Of a DNA stretch of 47,964 nt, positions 27,037-35,767 are shown piece by piece (the first letter of the stretch is position 1; the number at the start of each line of letters is the position of its first letter). The notes beneath the pieces are model-generated. The model made no database searches, had not been told where the DNA came from, and was given only the letters and a program-made list of their open reading frames with translations. Origin of the DNA: Pseudobdellovibrionaceae bacterium. Its GTDB lineage: Bacteria > Bdellovibrionota > Bdellovibrionia > Bdellovibrionales > Bdellovibrionaceae. The position numbers and the translations under genes were made by a program. Location: assembly GCA_041288045.1 (NCBI GenBank), contig JBGGMM010000064.1:1-47964 (forward strand), written 5' to 3'.

Positions 27037-27534
27037 TTACTTCGATTTTTCGATCAATTTGGTGGTGGATCGGCCTTCAACGAACTGCAAGGATTTCACT
27101 TCGCCACCATAAGAAAGAACGAAGGATCCACCGACAATTTGATCGGGTTTCCAGTCGCCGCCTTTGACCAAGACTTGCGGTCGGACGGCTTCGATCAATT
27201 TGGCGGGTGTTTCCTCGTCGAAAACAGTGACGTAATCGACAGCATTGAGCGCTGCCAGAATTTCGGCTCGGTCATTTTCATTTTGAATAGGACGGGTGGG
27301 ACCTTTTAGTTTTTTAACACTGGCATCTGAATTTACGCCGACAACCAGGATCTGTCCTTGCGCTTTTGCCTCTTGCAAATAGCGAACATGTCCGACGTGC
27401 AAAAGATCAAAGCATCCATTGGTGAAAACAATTTTTTGAGATTTGGATCGGAGAGGGGAAAGCTCTTCGCTGATTTTTTGAAATGGAACGACTTTACCCA
27501 CAAAATCCTTAAGCGCGTTTGACGAGTTCAACAC
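27037..27534 (-). CDS. rfaE2: D-glycero-beta-D-manno-heptose 1-phosphate adenylyltransferase
   Basis: VFTNGCFDLLHVGHVRYLQEAK, GVNSDASVKKLKGPTRP, LVKGGDW, GRSTT. Confidence 0.95.
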   Translation of the reverse strand: MLNSSNALKDFVGKVVPFQKISEELSPLRSKSQKIVFTNGCFDLLHVGHVRYLQEAKAQGQILVVGVNSDASVKKLKGPTRPIQNENDRAEILAALNAVDYVTVFDEETPAKLIEAVRPQVLVKGGDWKPDQIVGGSFVLSYGGEVKSLQFVEGRSTTKLIEKSK

Positions 27535-28267
27535 CCAAAAGCTGTCCCAGATAATCCCTGTTCATCGCAAAAGAGATCAAAGGGAAAACCATGAATCCAG
27601 TCAAAAGCACGATGGTCGATCGAGCGATGGCTTTCAAAGCGTATTGTGAAGTGCCCAATTCTTCCGGACGGCCCAAGCGTTGATCAAAAACCCACTCACC
27701 AGGAGTGAAGCCCAAAAACACACGGTGACCGACCAGATAAATCCAAGTCACTCCAGCCACTAAAGAGACAAGACTCAAGTAAACGAGACCCTGAGAATCA
27801 GGACGATAAAGGTTGGCAAAAAGGTCCACTTTGGTGACCAGCAAAAGCACGATCAAGCAAAGCAAAGTGGCTGCAGTCACCAGCATGGCATCCAAAAGAC
27901 CAGCCGAAAGATCCCAAGATGATTTTTTGTAAACGATAGGGGCTGGTTCATGCAGCTTTTTTTTCTCAGCTGCAAAATCATAGCTGCGTTTTTCATTCAA
28001 TGTTTTCAGAATGTCATCCACAGTGGTGTTACCAGCTGGTTGCTTCAGGCCTTGAGTGGAATCAAAACCTTTTCTGGGAAGTGGTGGGTTGATGGTCAAA
28101 TCCATTGCGGGCTCGGCCTGAAATTGAATGGAGCTCGATTTCTGAGGCGCTGCTTTCTCTTGGGACTTCTTATGAAAGCCCAAGCCTTCAGTCAAAGGTT
28201 TGAACTGAAAATCATCGTGATCCGCTGACGCTGGATTGAATTGATTCATGCGACCCTTCCCCTTCAA
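27509..28267 (-). CDS. RDD-family membrane protein with hydrophilic N-terminal extension
   Basis: AGLLDAMLV, three TM segments, GFTPGEWVFDQRL, ARS; N-terminal FKPLTEGLGFH. True start may be MNQF. Confidence 0.72.
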   Translation of the reverse strand: MKGKGRMNQFNPASADHDDFQFKPLTEGLGFHKKSQEKAAPQKSSSIQFQAEPAMDLTINPPLPRKGFDSTQGLKQPAGNTTVDDILKTLNEKRSYDFAAEKKKLHEPAPIVYKKSSWDLSAGLLDAMLVTAATLLCLIVLLLVTKVDLFANLYRPDSQGLVYLSLVSLVAGVTWIYLVGHRVFLGFTPGEWVFDQRLGRPEELGTSQYALKAIARSTIVLLTGFMVFPLISFAMNRDYLGQLLGVELVKRA

Positions 28268-28273
28268 TGGCCA

Positions 28274-29035
28274 TCAACTTCTTGCCGTCATGTGTCCAAA
28301 TTCATACTTTAGGACGGCCAGAAGGGCGATGCAAGCCGTTTCCACGCGCAAAACCTGCTCACCCAAAGTGATGGGTTGCAGTCCCATGGCTTGAAAAGAC
28401 TCGACCTCTGTCGAGGAAAATCCACCTTCAGACCCGACGAAAACCCAGTATTCATCGAGCTGATTCAGGGCTTGAGAGCGCAAATGCTCCTTGATGCCCA
28501 AAGTCGACTTTCCCTCATAGGCAAAGAGACCCTTGGCAGCAGTTTTTTGGTTAAATTCGCGCAGAAGATCCTGCAGATCAACAGGTTCAGCAATTGTCAT
28601 CAAATCGCCGCGCCCCGTTTGCTGAGTGGCGGAGACCACAATTTTTTCCCATCTTTCAATTTTTCCAGGCGGGAGAGAATTTTTTTTTCGAATGAAACTA
28701 AAATCCGAGAAAAAAAGCTGAATGCGGCTGACTCCCATTTCAACTGCTTTTTCAATCACAGCATCCATCACTGGATATCTGGAAATAGAAAGGGCGAGCA
28801 CCAAATTTGGTTTTGCGAGAGCGGGGATTTCACGGCTTTCCAGAATTTTGGCGCGAGCGCTTTTTTTACCCAGCTCAGTGACTTCGACCAGATGGGCTTT
28901 GTTGCCATCGCCAAGAATTTCAAAATGCGATCCCAATTCCTGCCGGCAGACATCAAAAATATGATGAAAAACTTCGCCAGTGATGTCGACGGTCGGGCCC
29001 TGGATGTTTTCGCGGGGGATCCAATAGCGGCGCAT
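28274..29035 (-). CDS. rsmE: 16S rRNA (uracil1498-N3)-methyltransferase RsmE
   Basis: IEKAVEMGV, ATQQTGR, VGSEGGFS, LGEQVLRVETA. Confidence 0.93.
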   Translation of the reverse strand: MRRYWIPRENIQGPTVDITGEVFHHIFDVCRQELGSHFEILGDGNKAHLVEVTELGKKSARAKILESREIPALAKPNLVLALSISRYPVMDAVIEKAVEMGVSRIQLFFSDFSFIRKKNSLPPGKIERWEKIVVSATQQTGRGDLMTIAEPVDLQDLLREFNQKTAAKGLFAYEGKSTLGIKEHLRSQALNQLDEYWVFVGSEGGFSSTEVESFQAMGLQPITLGEQVLRVETACIALLAVLKYEFGHMTARS

Positions 29036-29038
29036 GAT

Positions 29039-29935
29039 TTAAGCCTCGGGGGATCTTAACCAGTATCCCACCCATTCATCTTTTTCGATTCGACGAACGA
29101 CTTTCAAAGGGGACTTTTCGATGAAATCGGCAAAAAAATCATCTTCACGTTCAAGCAAAATCCCAGTCAGAAAAATTTGTCCGCCGGGCTTGAGCACTCG
29201 AAGCAATTCATCTTTCAAAAGAATGAGAACTCCGTCGATGATATTGGCGACAACGAAATCAAAAGTTTCACGGACATTCTCGAGCAGCTGATCCGAAATT
29301 TCAATTTCAGTCAGTCGGTTGCGTTCAATATTTTCCCGACCCACTCGGCGAGCTTCGGGATCGATTTCGATCCCCAGTACTCGTTGAATGCCCTCTTGAT
29401 AGGCGAGCATAGCGAGAATTCCAGTGCCAGTGCCGACATCAATGAGAGAGTATTGGTGGTTGGGTTTGAGTGTTTTTCCCAATTTATGAACGAAGTAAGC
29501 GGCCATTTTGGTTGTGGCGTGAGTGCCAGTTCCAAAAGCCATTCCGGGATCAATTGTGATTGGCTTTTCTGCTTCCGGTGGGACTGGCAACCAAGAGGGA
29601 ACAATCCAATAGGGGCCCACCAATTGAAATGAGTTGAAGCCTTTTTTCCATTCCGCCAGCCAATCTTTGTGCTCTTCTTCTTTGATTTCCCATTTGAGCT
29701 GGGGAGCCCATTCCAAAAGCCGATCAAAAAATTCACAACCGGGGCGTTCGTTAAAAAAAACGTCCATATCATGAGCTTTGACTTTTAAAATATCAGGATC
29801 ATAAGTGAGATCCGGCTGAGAATAGGCCAGGGCTTCGCTGACGCCGGAGGCGCCACATTCAAAGCTGTGACCGGTCACCACGTCTTCAAGGTTGGCCGGC
29901 ACTGAAAAAAGTCGGATTCGGATATATGAATTCAC
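29039..29935 (-). CDS. prmA: Ribosomal protein L11 methyltransferase
   Basis: IDPGMAFGTGTHATT, DVGTGTGILA, FDFVVANI; adjacent to rsmE. Confidence 0.94.
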   Translation of the reverse strand: MNSYIRIRLFSVPANLEDVVTGHSFECGASGVSEALAYSQPDLTYDPDILKVKAHDMDVFFNERPGCEFFDRLLEWAPQLKWEIKEEEHKDWLAEWKKGFNSFQLVGPYWIVPSWLPVPPEAEKPITIDPGMAFGTGTHATTKMAAYFVHKLGKTLKPNHQYSLIDVGTGTGILAMLAYQEGIQRVLGIEIDPEARRVGRENIERNRLTEIEISDQLLENVRETFDFVVANIIDGVLILLKDELLRVLKPGGQIFLTGILLEREDDFFADFIEKSPLKVVRRIEKDEWVGYWLRSPEA

Positions 29936-30402
29936 TGAGCCTTTTTAACAGAAGGCTTTTTGTTGTCAATGAAAGAGCCGGCCAGATCCAAGCGATCACC
30001 GATCATGATGCCAATCTGTTCCAGCATGGGCTCTTCATCTCTTGAAGTCAGCTGAAACTCACGGGCCACGGCCACTCGGTTTTGGACTGAAATCAGTTTC
30101 AATTGACCCACGGGAACTTCAAGCTCTCCATAGGTTTGGGTGCCAGTGGCATCTCGTACGGACATTTTTCGAATGACTGTCACAACCATGTTTTTTTTCA
30201 GACCGGCTTCGTTTCCGGCATTGATATAGAAATCTTTATAGACGGGAGCATCGTCGGCCAGGGGAATGTTTCTTCGAACCTCAATAATATTGAGATCGGC
30301 TCCAAAGACTTCCCAAGAGAAGAGAAGAGTGAGAATGGCGATTCCGGCAATCAGAAACAGCCTGCCAAGATTCATTTTTTTCAACATGACAATCCCTCGC
30401 AC
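29932..30402 (-). CDS. Hypothetical secreted protein (possible FlgT-C-like beta domain)
   Basis: Signal peptide; YINAGNEAGLKKNM..VGQLKLISV..GDRL pattern; preceded by a FliA promoter. Start may be 30387. Confidence 0.65.
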   Translation of the reverse strand: MRGIVMLKKMNLGRLFLIAGIAILTLLFSWEVFGADLNIIEVRRNIPLADDAPVYKDFYINAGNEAGLKKNMVVTVIRKMSVRDATGTQTYGELEVPVGQLKLISVQNRVAVAREFQLTSRDEEPMLEQIGIMIGDRLDLAGSFIDNKKPSVKKAQ

Positions 30403-30473
30403 ATGTTTCGTGGGGACTTCCTGTCTATTTGAGGATTGAACTTCCTGCTCAATCTAGATGTGTTCTATGAATT

Positions 30474-30501
30474 TCTTCGGCGGCTTTTCTGGCAAACTTG
30501 A
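30474..30501 (-). promoter_or_regulatory. Sigma-28 (FliA) promoter
   Basis: Minus strand reads TCAA-gtttgccagaaaagcc(16)-GCCGAAGA. Confidence 0.68.
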
Positions 30502-30706
30502 AAGAAAATGAGACAAGGAATTTTTTTCCCAGCACTCTGTCCAGTCTATGCTTGGCGGTAAAAAGGCAAACGTCAAAATTCCGTCGAAATAAGTCCAGAT
30601 TTGCGCCTGGATCTTCGGTATTTTCCACATTCGGACTCAGGTCGCGTTGAAGTTTTGACGGTCGACCCGAAGAGTAGTCACCTTACACACAGAGGAGATG
30701 GGTCAA

Positions 30707-31540
30707 ATGGGAATGAGAGTGACAACGAATATTGCAGCAGTGAACGCGCAAAGAAATCTGGTAACCAGTCAACGGGTGGTCAACAAAAGTATGGCCCAGT
30801 TGTCGAGTGGTAGCCGAATCAACATCGCAGCTGACGATGCGGCTGGATTGGCGATTTCCGAACGAATGAAAGCCGGTATTCGATCGGCAAGACAAGCGAA
30901 CCGAAATGCGAATGACGGTATCTCAATGGTTCAAACCGCAGAAGGTGGATTGAACGAGATCAGCAACATCGTGACTCGTCTTCGTGAATTGGGAATCCAA
31001 GCAGCATCTGACACTGTCGGATCAGTTGAGCGTGGATTTCTCGATAAAGAAGTCCAGCAGTTGAAATCAGAAGTTCAACGTATTTCGCTGGCGACGAAAT
31101 GGGGAACGACGAATCTGTTGGATGGATCGACTCCAAAATTTGATTTCCAAGTTGGTATTTACAACAACGCTGAAGAAGATCGAATCGAATTTGATTCTTC
31201 TCAAAACGTTGCGACCATCGATGCCTTAGGCATCACTGGCCTTGATTACACGACAAAAGAAGGAGCGCAAGAAGCTCTGGGCGCCCTGGATTTGGCCCAA
31301 AATTCCGTCAACGGAATGCGCGCCAATCTTGGAGCTCTTCAGAACCGATTGACTTCAACAACTGATAACTTGGGTGTTTTAGAAGAGAACATGTCAGCTG
31401 CGAACTCACGAATCCGTGACACTGACGTGGCTTTGGCTTCTTCTGAAATGATCCGAAACAACATTTTATTACAAGCTGGAACTTCGACTTTAGCGCAAGC
31501 GAATTCAACGAATCAACTTGCCTTGAAGCTGATCGGGTAA
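30707..31540 (+). CDS. fliC: Flagellin (short, ~277 aa)
   Basis: LSSGSRINIAADDAAGLAISE, NANDGISMVQTAEGGL, RANLGALQNRL, SRIRDTDVA. Start at MGMRVTTN after AGGAG. Confidence 0.97.
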   Translation: MGMRVTTNIAAVNAQRNLVTSQRVVNKSMAQLSSGSRINIAADDAAGLAISERMKAGIRSARQANRNANDGISMVQTAEGGLNEISNIVTRLRELGIQAASDTVGSVERGFLDKEVQQLKSEVQRISLATKWGTTNLLDGSTPKFDFQVGIYNNAEEDRIEFDSSQNVATIDALGITGLDYTTKEGAQEALGALDLAQNSVNGMRANLGALQNRLTSTTDNLGVLEENMSAANSRIRDTDVALASSEMIRNNILLQAGTSTLAQANSTNQLALKLIG

Positions 31541-31575
31541 GGGTACCATCTCTTCTGTCCGGTCACTATCTTCCG

Positions 31576-31604
31576 AGGCCTGGGGTCATTCCCGGGCCTT
31601 TTTT
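31576..31604 (+). terminator. Rho-independent terminator of flagellin
   Basis: AGGCCTGGG-gtcatt-CCCGGGCCT followed by a T-run. Confidence 0.8.
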
Positions 31605-31611
31605 ATTTCTT

Positions 31612-32478
31612 CTACTTTTTTTCGGTGGCATTGAGAATCAAAGCCGTGATGATAATCCCAGCACCCAGCATTTGAAAGCTGGTCAGTCTTTCGTTCAAAA
31701 TCAGGCCCGCCGCAAAAGTTGCCACCACAGGCTCGACCGTGACAATGATCGAAGCTTGAGAGCTTGGCAGTCTTTGCAAACCCGCCAGAAAAAAAGTCAA
31801 AGGTCCAATCGTTGAAAAAATCGCGAGCCCCAAAATACAAGTCATTTGAACTGTGCTCATATTTGGAATTTTAGACAGGCTCGGTTGGTGAAAAAGAAAA
31901 AGGGCAAGGGCAGTCGAAGTGATCACATAGAGACTAGAGCTGAGGGGCGCGACCTTCTGCTGAACCTGGCCACTGACTAGAACATAGATCGAATAGACAA
32001 AAGCCGCTCCAAGCCCAAAGAAAACAGCTTTTTTAGAATGCACAACCATTGGGCCCCAGAGCAAAATTCCAAGGCCCAAGCAAGTGAGCAAAAGGCTGAG
32101 GGATTGAAGCTTGGTCATTCGGTGTTTTAAAATGAAATGCGCTCCCAAATTCACAAAGATCGGAAAAGTAAAAAGCAAAAGGGCGGCTAGTGGAACTGAA
32201 ATCCCCTCGATCGATTTAAAATAGAGGGTCGAGAAAACTGCGTAGCCGCCAATTCCAAGTGCGCAAGAAATCAAAATCTGCTTGAGAGAAAGTCGGATCA
32301 GGCGAGGTTGAAAAATCAAGAGCCCGACCCATAAAATCAGAGCAGCTAGAGAAAATCTCCAGGTGAGGAGCTCACCCACAGACATTCCGCTTTGAAAAGC
32401 CAGTCTTCCGAAAATGCCGAGAAAGCCAAAGCCCAGGCCGGCCATCAGCACATAGAAGAACCCGAGAGCCCTGTTCAT
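31612..32478 (-). CDS. DMT/EamA family transporter
   Basis: About 10 TM helices; WRFSLAA, ASIIVTVEPVVA, LILNERLT..GAGII. Confidence 0.92.
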   Translation of the reverse strand: MNRALGFFYVLMAGLGFGFLGIFGRLAFQSGMSVGELLTWRFSLAALILWVGLLIFQPRLIRLSLKQILISCALGIGGYAVFSTLYFKSIEGISVPLAALLLFTFPIFVNLGAHFILKHRMTKLQSLSLLLTCLGLGILLWGPMVVHSKKAVFFGLGAAFVYSIYVLVSGQVQQKVAPLSSSLYVITSTALALFLFHQPSLSKIPNMSTVQMTCILGLAIFSTIGPLTFFLAGLQRLPSSQASIIVTVEPVVATFAAGLILNERLTSFQMLGAGIIITALILNATEKK

Positions 32479-33341
32479 TTTTTCAGAGGACTCCGACGAG
32501 ATGATTTTCGAGGATCCAGGGCTTTTGGCGAACGACCTTTGTAGCTCTTTTTCTCTTTCACTTCTTCAGGAAGATCCGGCAGAAAAACCCGTTCAGCGGC
32601 CACATCATTCAAATACACCAATTCGCCTCGCTGAAGATTGCCAATGCGAAGACGACCGATGGCCACACGTTGAAGCTTCAGAACATCAAAGCCGATTTTT
32701 TCGAACATCTGTCGGATCTGACGGTTTTTTCCTTCGGTGATGACGATCTTGAGCCATTCGTACTGATCGCGGCCGCGTTTGATTTTTTCAACAGATTTGG
32801 CGGCAACTTTGCCGCCGACGATGGTGACTCCGCTTAAGAGCTTTTTGATTTGCTCATCACCGGGTTTGCCGTCGACTTTGACCAGATAGGTTTTGGTCAC
32901 TTCGGCTTTGGGATGGGTGACTCGATTAGCGAAATCACCGTCATTGGTCAAAAGCAAAAGACCTTCCGAATCCCAATCCAAACGACCCACAGGAAAAACC
33001 CGAGTGGGGACTTCTTCGAGAAATTTTTTGATTGTTGGACGCTCCAAGGGATCTTCCATTGTGGTCAGGATGCCTTTGGGTTTGTGGAACATCAGATAGA
33101 CGTGTTCGAATTTTTTTCTGAGAGGCTTTCCCTGAACTTGAATTCGGTCTTGGTGGGGATCGACCTTCACGCCCAATTCGTAAACTTTTTTGCCGTTGAC
33201 GCTGACTTGGCCTTCTTCGATCAAGCGGTCGGCAGCTCTTCGGCTGGCGATCCCGCTATCGGCGATCAGTTTGTTAAGTCGTACTTTGGTCCCCGCTTTG
33301 GGAAAGGCCGTGGCTGTGACGGTCTCTGTCTTTGAGTCCAT
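32475..33341 (-). CDS. rluB: RsuA/RluB-family pseudouridine synthase
   Basis: S4 domain RLNKLIADSGIASRRAAD; catalytic VGRLDWDSEGLLLLTNDG; EGKNRQIRQM. Confidence 0.9.
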   Translation of the reverse strand: MDSKTETVTATAFPKAGTKVRLNKLIADSGIASRRAADRLIEEGQVSVNGKKVYELGVKVDPHQDRIQVQGKPLRKKFEHVYLMFHKPKGILTTMEDPLERPTIKKFLEEVPTRVFPVGRLDWDSEGLLLLTNDGDFANRVTHPKAEVTKTYLVKVDGKPGDEQIKKLLSGVTIVGGKVAAKSVEKIKRGRDQYEWLKIVITEGKNRQIRQMFEKIGFDVLKLQRVAIGRLRIGNLQRGELVYLNDVAAERVFLPDLPEEVKEKKSYKGRSPKALDPRKSSRRSPLKK

Positions 33342-34300
33342 GATTCTTCAACTTTCCGTGGCGTCATCTCGACGCGACTGTTTTCCAAATTCTTGCGCTG
33401 GGCAAGTGTGTGTTGAAGATCTCTTAGCAAAAGATTCAGCAGTTTGTCACCGGTAAAGACATATTCAATCGCATTCTGAGCCTGGGCGATCACATCAATG
33501 CTCTCTTGAATGGCTTCAGGATCACCCAAACGCACATTCTCGATGGTTTTTTCCAAGGCCGAGATGGTCTGCTGGTAATAGGGATCGGTTTGGCGATTGA
33601 TGAAATGCTTTTCCATTTTTTTGATGGCGTAGAAAAGTTTCGGGTAGGCTGCAATATTTTCACCCTGCAAATCAAAGGATTTTTGGCAAAGGTAACCGCG
33701 GACCAGAGAGCCTTTGAGCCCTTCAGAGCCATTTTGAAATTGAGCGACGACAAAGGGGGCGACTTCCAATTGCTGGGTGTGAGCGGGATCCAGTTCCAAA
33801 TCGGGAGTGTAATAAAGCGCGAAATCCTTTTTCAATGGTTCCAATTGCCCATGGCGAATCATCATTTTGCGATCAAAGGTCCGCACGCAGATCGAATGAT
33901 CCGGCATCAAGACAATAGCCAGGATTTTTTTATCGGCCTCATGAATCAGGCGGTATTTTTCGCCTTTTTTGTAAGTCGAATTCAAATAGACTTGCAGAGC
34001 ATCGGTGAAATCAGAACCGCTTTCGAGCTCGAGAATTTGTGTTTCTTCGGGCCACTTCAAACCGGCGAGATCCATATGATCCTGCAAAAGATCACGGATT
34101 TCTTGACCCAGTTGCTTTCGATTTTGTTGCCAATGAGCATATTCCAAACAATGCGCAAAGAAAATCTCTAGAAGCTCTGGAGTGACTTGAGCTTCTGAAT
34201 CCACCAAATTTGTCAGATAATTGAGAAATGTCAGTCGAGCCGGCGGTGGCTGGCGATGATTTTCAGATAAGTACTTTATTAAAGCCCCGACTTTCAGCAT
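33266..34300 (-). CDS. Hypothetical cytoplasmic protein
   Basis: 344-aa ORF with normal composition, filling the gap; 3' end overlaps rluB. Confidence 0.75.
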   Translation of the reverse strand: MLKVGALIKYLSENHRQPPPARLTFLNYLTNLVDSEAQVTPELLEIFFAHCLEYAHWQQNRKQLGQEIRDLLQDHMDLAGLKWPEETQILELESGSDFTDALQVYLNSTYKKGEKYRLIHEADKKILAIVLMPDHSICVRTFDRKMMIRHGQLEPLKKDFALYYTPDLELDPAHTQQLEVAPFVVAQFQNGSEGLKGSLVRGYLCQKSFDLQGENIAAYPKLFYAIKKMEKHFINRQTDPYYQQTISALEKTIENVRLGDPEAIQESIDVIAQAQNAIEYVFTGDKLLNLLLRDLQHTLAQRKNLENSRVEMTPRKVEESWTQRQRPSQPRPFPKRGPKYDLTN

Positions 34301-34336
34301 ACTTAAAGCTTAAAAGGAAATTCAAAGAGGGGTCAA

Positions 34337-34822
34337 ATGCAAAAGGAATTGAATCCTGAGTTGTTCGGGGAAAGCCAGGCAAAGTCGAGGGTTTTTGAAC
34401 CCCAAAACAACAATCAATTGGTCATTCTTGAACAGAAAGTCTTAGAAACCAAGGGTCAAATCCATCAGGTCTCTGAGAATCTGAATAAAATCGTTGGTCA
34501 GATCAACGAATTCATCCGAAATTCTCACGCCAAATTTGAGCGCTTGCAGGCTTCTATTTTAAAGCTGGAGCAAAACGATCAAGTGATCAACATGGAAGCT
34601 GCCCAGAAAATCGGACAATTGCACAACCGCTTGGGTGAGCGCAAATCCACGGATCTGAAAATTCAAGAGATGATCGATCGTCACAACAATGTGCTTCGAA
34701 GCTTTGAAGTCCGAATGGGACAGATGCAGAAAATTCTCAGTGAAAAAGAAGCAATGCTGATTTCGGCCCAAGCTTCTTTGAACGAAGCCAAAATGGAAAT
34801 CGCCCGACTGAAGCGCTTTTAA
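34337..34822 (+). CDS. Hypothetical coiled-coil protein
   Basis: GAGGGG RBS; heptad-rich 161 aa. Confidence 0.78.
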   Translation: MQKELNPELFGESQAKSRVFEPQNNNQLVILEQKVLETKGQIHQVSENLNKIVGQINEFIRNSHAKFERLQASILKLEQNDQVINMEAAQKIGQLHNRLGERKSTDLKIQEMIDRHNNVLRSFEVRMGQMQKILSEKEAMLISAQASLNEAKMEIARLKRF

Positions 34823-35758
34823 TTAAAAGAAAAACTGCAGGTCGGCCAGCAAAGTCCAATAAGTCAAAGAGCTGGCAGATCGATTTAAAACCGGGCCTCC
34901 GGTGAGCTGCCAGTCCGAAAAGGATCGAGAGACTAAAATCTCTAAAGTTTTTGAATCCGAATCATCGACGATCAAATGTTTATTTTCAAAATTGAAAATC
35001 AGCTCCCGCTGCGGGAGAAATGTGTAACTCATCCCGACTTCAAATTCGTGTTCCGGCAGATCGCTGATGGTGGCGACGAATTCAGAGACATTGTCATTCA
35101 CATAAGTGCTGGAATAAGCGGCTTGCAGTTCATCTTTTGATTTTGAATAAGTGTAACCAGTTCCAGAGAAGCGCAAATTCAATTGGGGGTTGGCGCGAAA
35201 AGCCAGGGCAGCTGAAAATTTTTGTTGGTCCAATTCGGCTTTTTCCTCGGATGGAGAGCCTGGAATATCAAAAAAGAAAGTCTGTCTGATGGTGGATTTT
35301 CCATAAAGCAGGTCCAGCACGGCGAACTGATCGCCGCTTTCCGAGAGAAAGTGATGGCTCAGCTGAAGGGCGTTTTCGATTTGTGAGAAATCAGTTTCTT
35401 TTGAGTCCGTGTTTTCTCGAACGATCAAAAGATCCCATTCAGCTTTCGAGGAAACTCCGAGACTGATATAGGATTCGCGACTTTGATTTGAGATTGTTCG
35501 TCCAGTGACAATGTCTCCGGTTCGAGTTTGTTCAGCTCCTAGAGAAAGAGCCCAAAAAGAAAAATAAAAACTGTTCTTGGGATCGATTTTTGATCCTTCG
35601 AAAGTGCCATACAAATTGCCATATTCCCGGCCGGCTTCGGCTTGAAGGCCAAGGGTTTTGAGGAAATTGGGTTTTTGCTGCTGTTCTTGCGCATGAGCAG
35701 GGGAGAGAGCAAGCAAGAAAAAAAACGTGAAAAAAAAGAAGATCGACAGAGCTTTCAT
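34823..35758 (-). CDS. Putative outer-membrane beta-barrel protein
   Basis: Signal peptide MKALSIFFFFTFFFLLALSPAHA; amphipathic strands; C-terminal LADLQFFF. Confidence 0.68.
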   Translation of the reverse strand: MKALSIFFFFTFFFLLALSPAHAQEQQQKPNFLKTLGLQAEAGREYGNLYGTFEGSKIDPKNSFYFSFWALSLGAEQTRTGDIVTGRTISNQSRESYISLGVSSKAEWDLLIVRENTDSKETDFSQIENALQLSHHFLSESGDQFAVLDLLYGKSTIRQTFFFDIPGSPSEEKAELDQQKFSAALAFRANPQLNLRFSGTGYTYSKSKDELQAAYSSTYVNDNVSEFVATISDLPEHEFEVGMSYTFLPQRELIFNFENKHLIVDDSDSKTLEILVSRSFSDWQLTGGPVLNRSASSLTYWTLLADLQFFF

Positions 35759-35767
35759 CTTTTCCAA

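Noticed and set aside
28376..29059. 227-aa plus-strand ORF
   Set aside because: It is antisense to rsmE, which has all its family motifs; it has no recognisable features of its own.
30540..30700. c-di-GMP-I riboswitch upstream of flagellin (GGCAAAC present)
   Set aside because: The following GAAA tetraloop stem and GACGCAAAGC element are missing.
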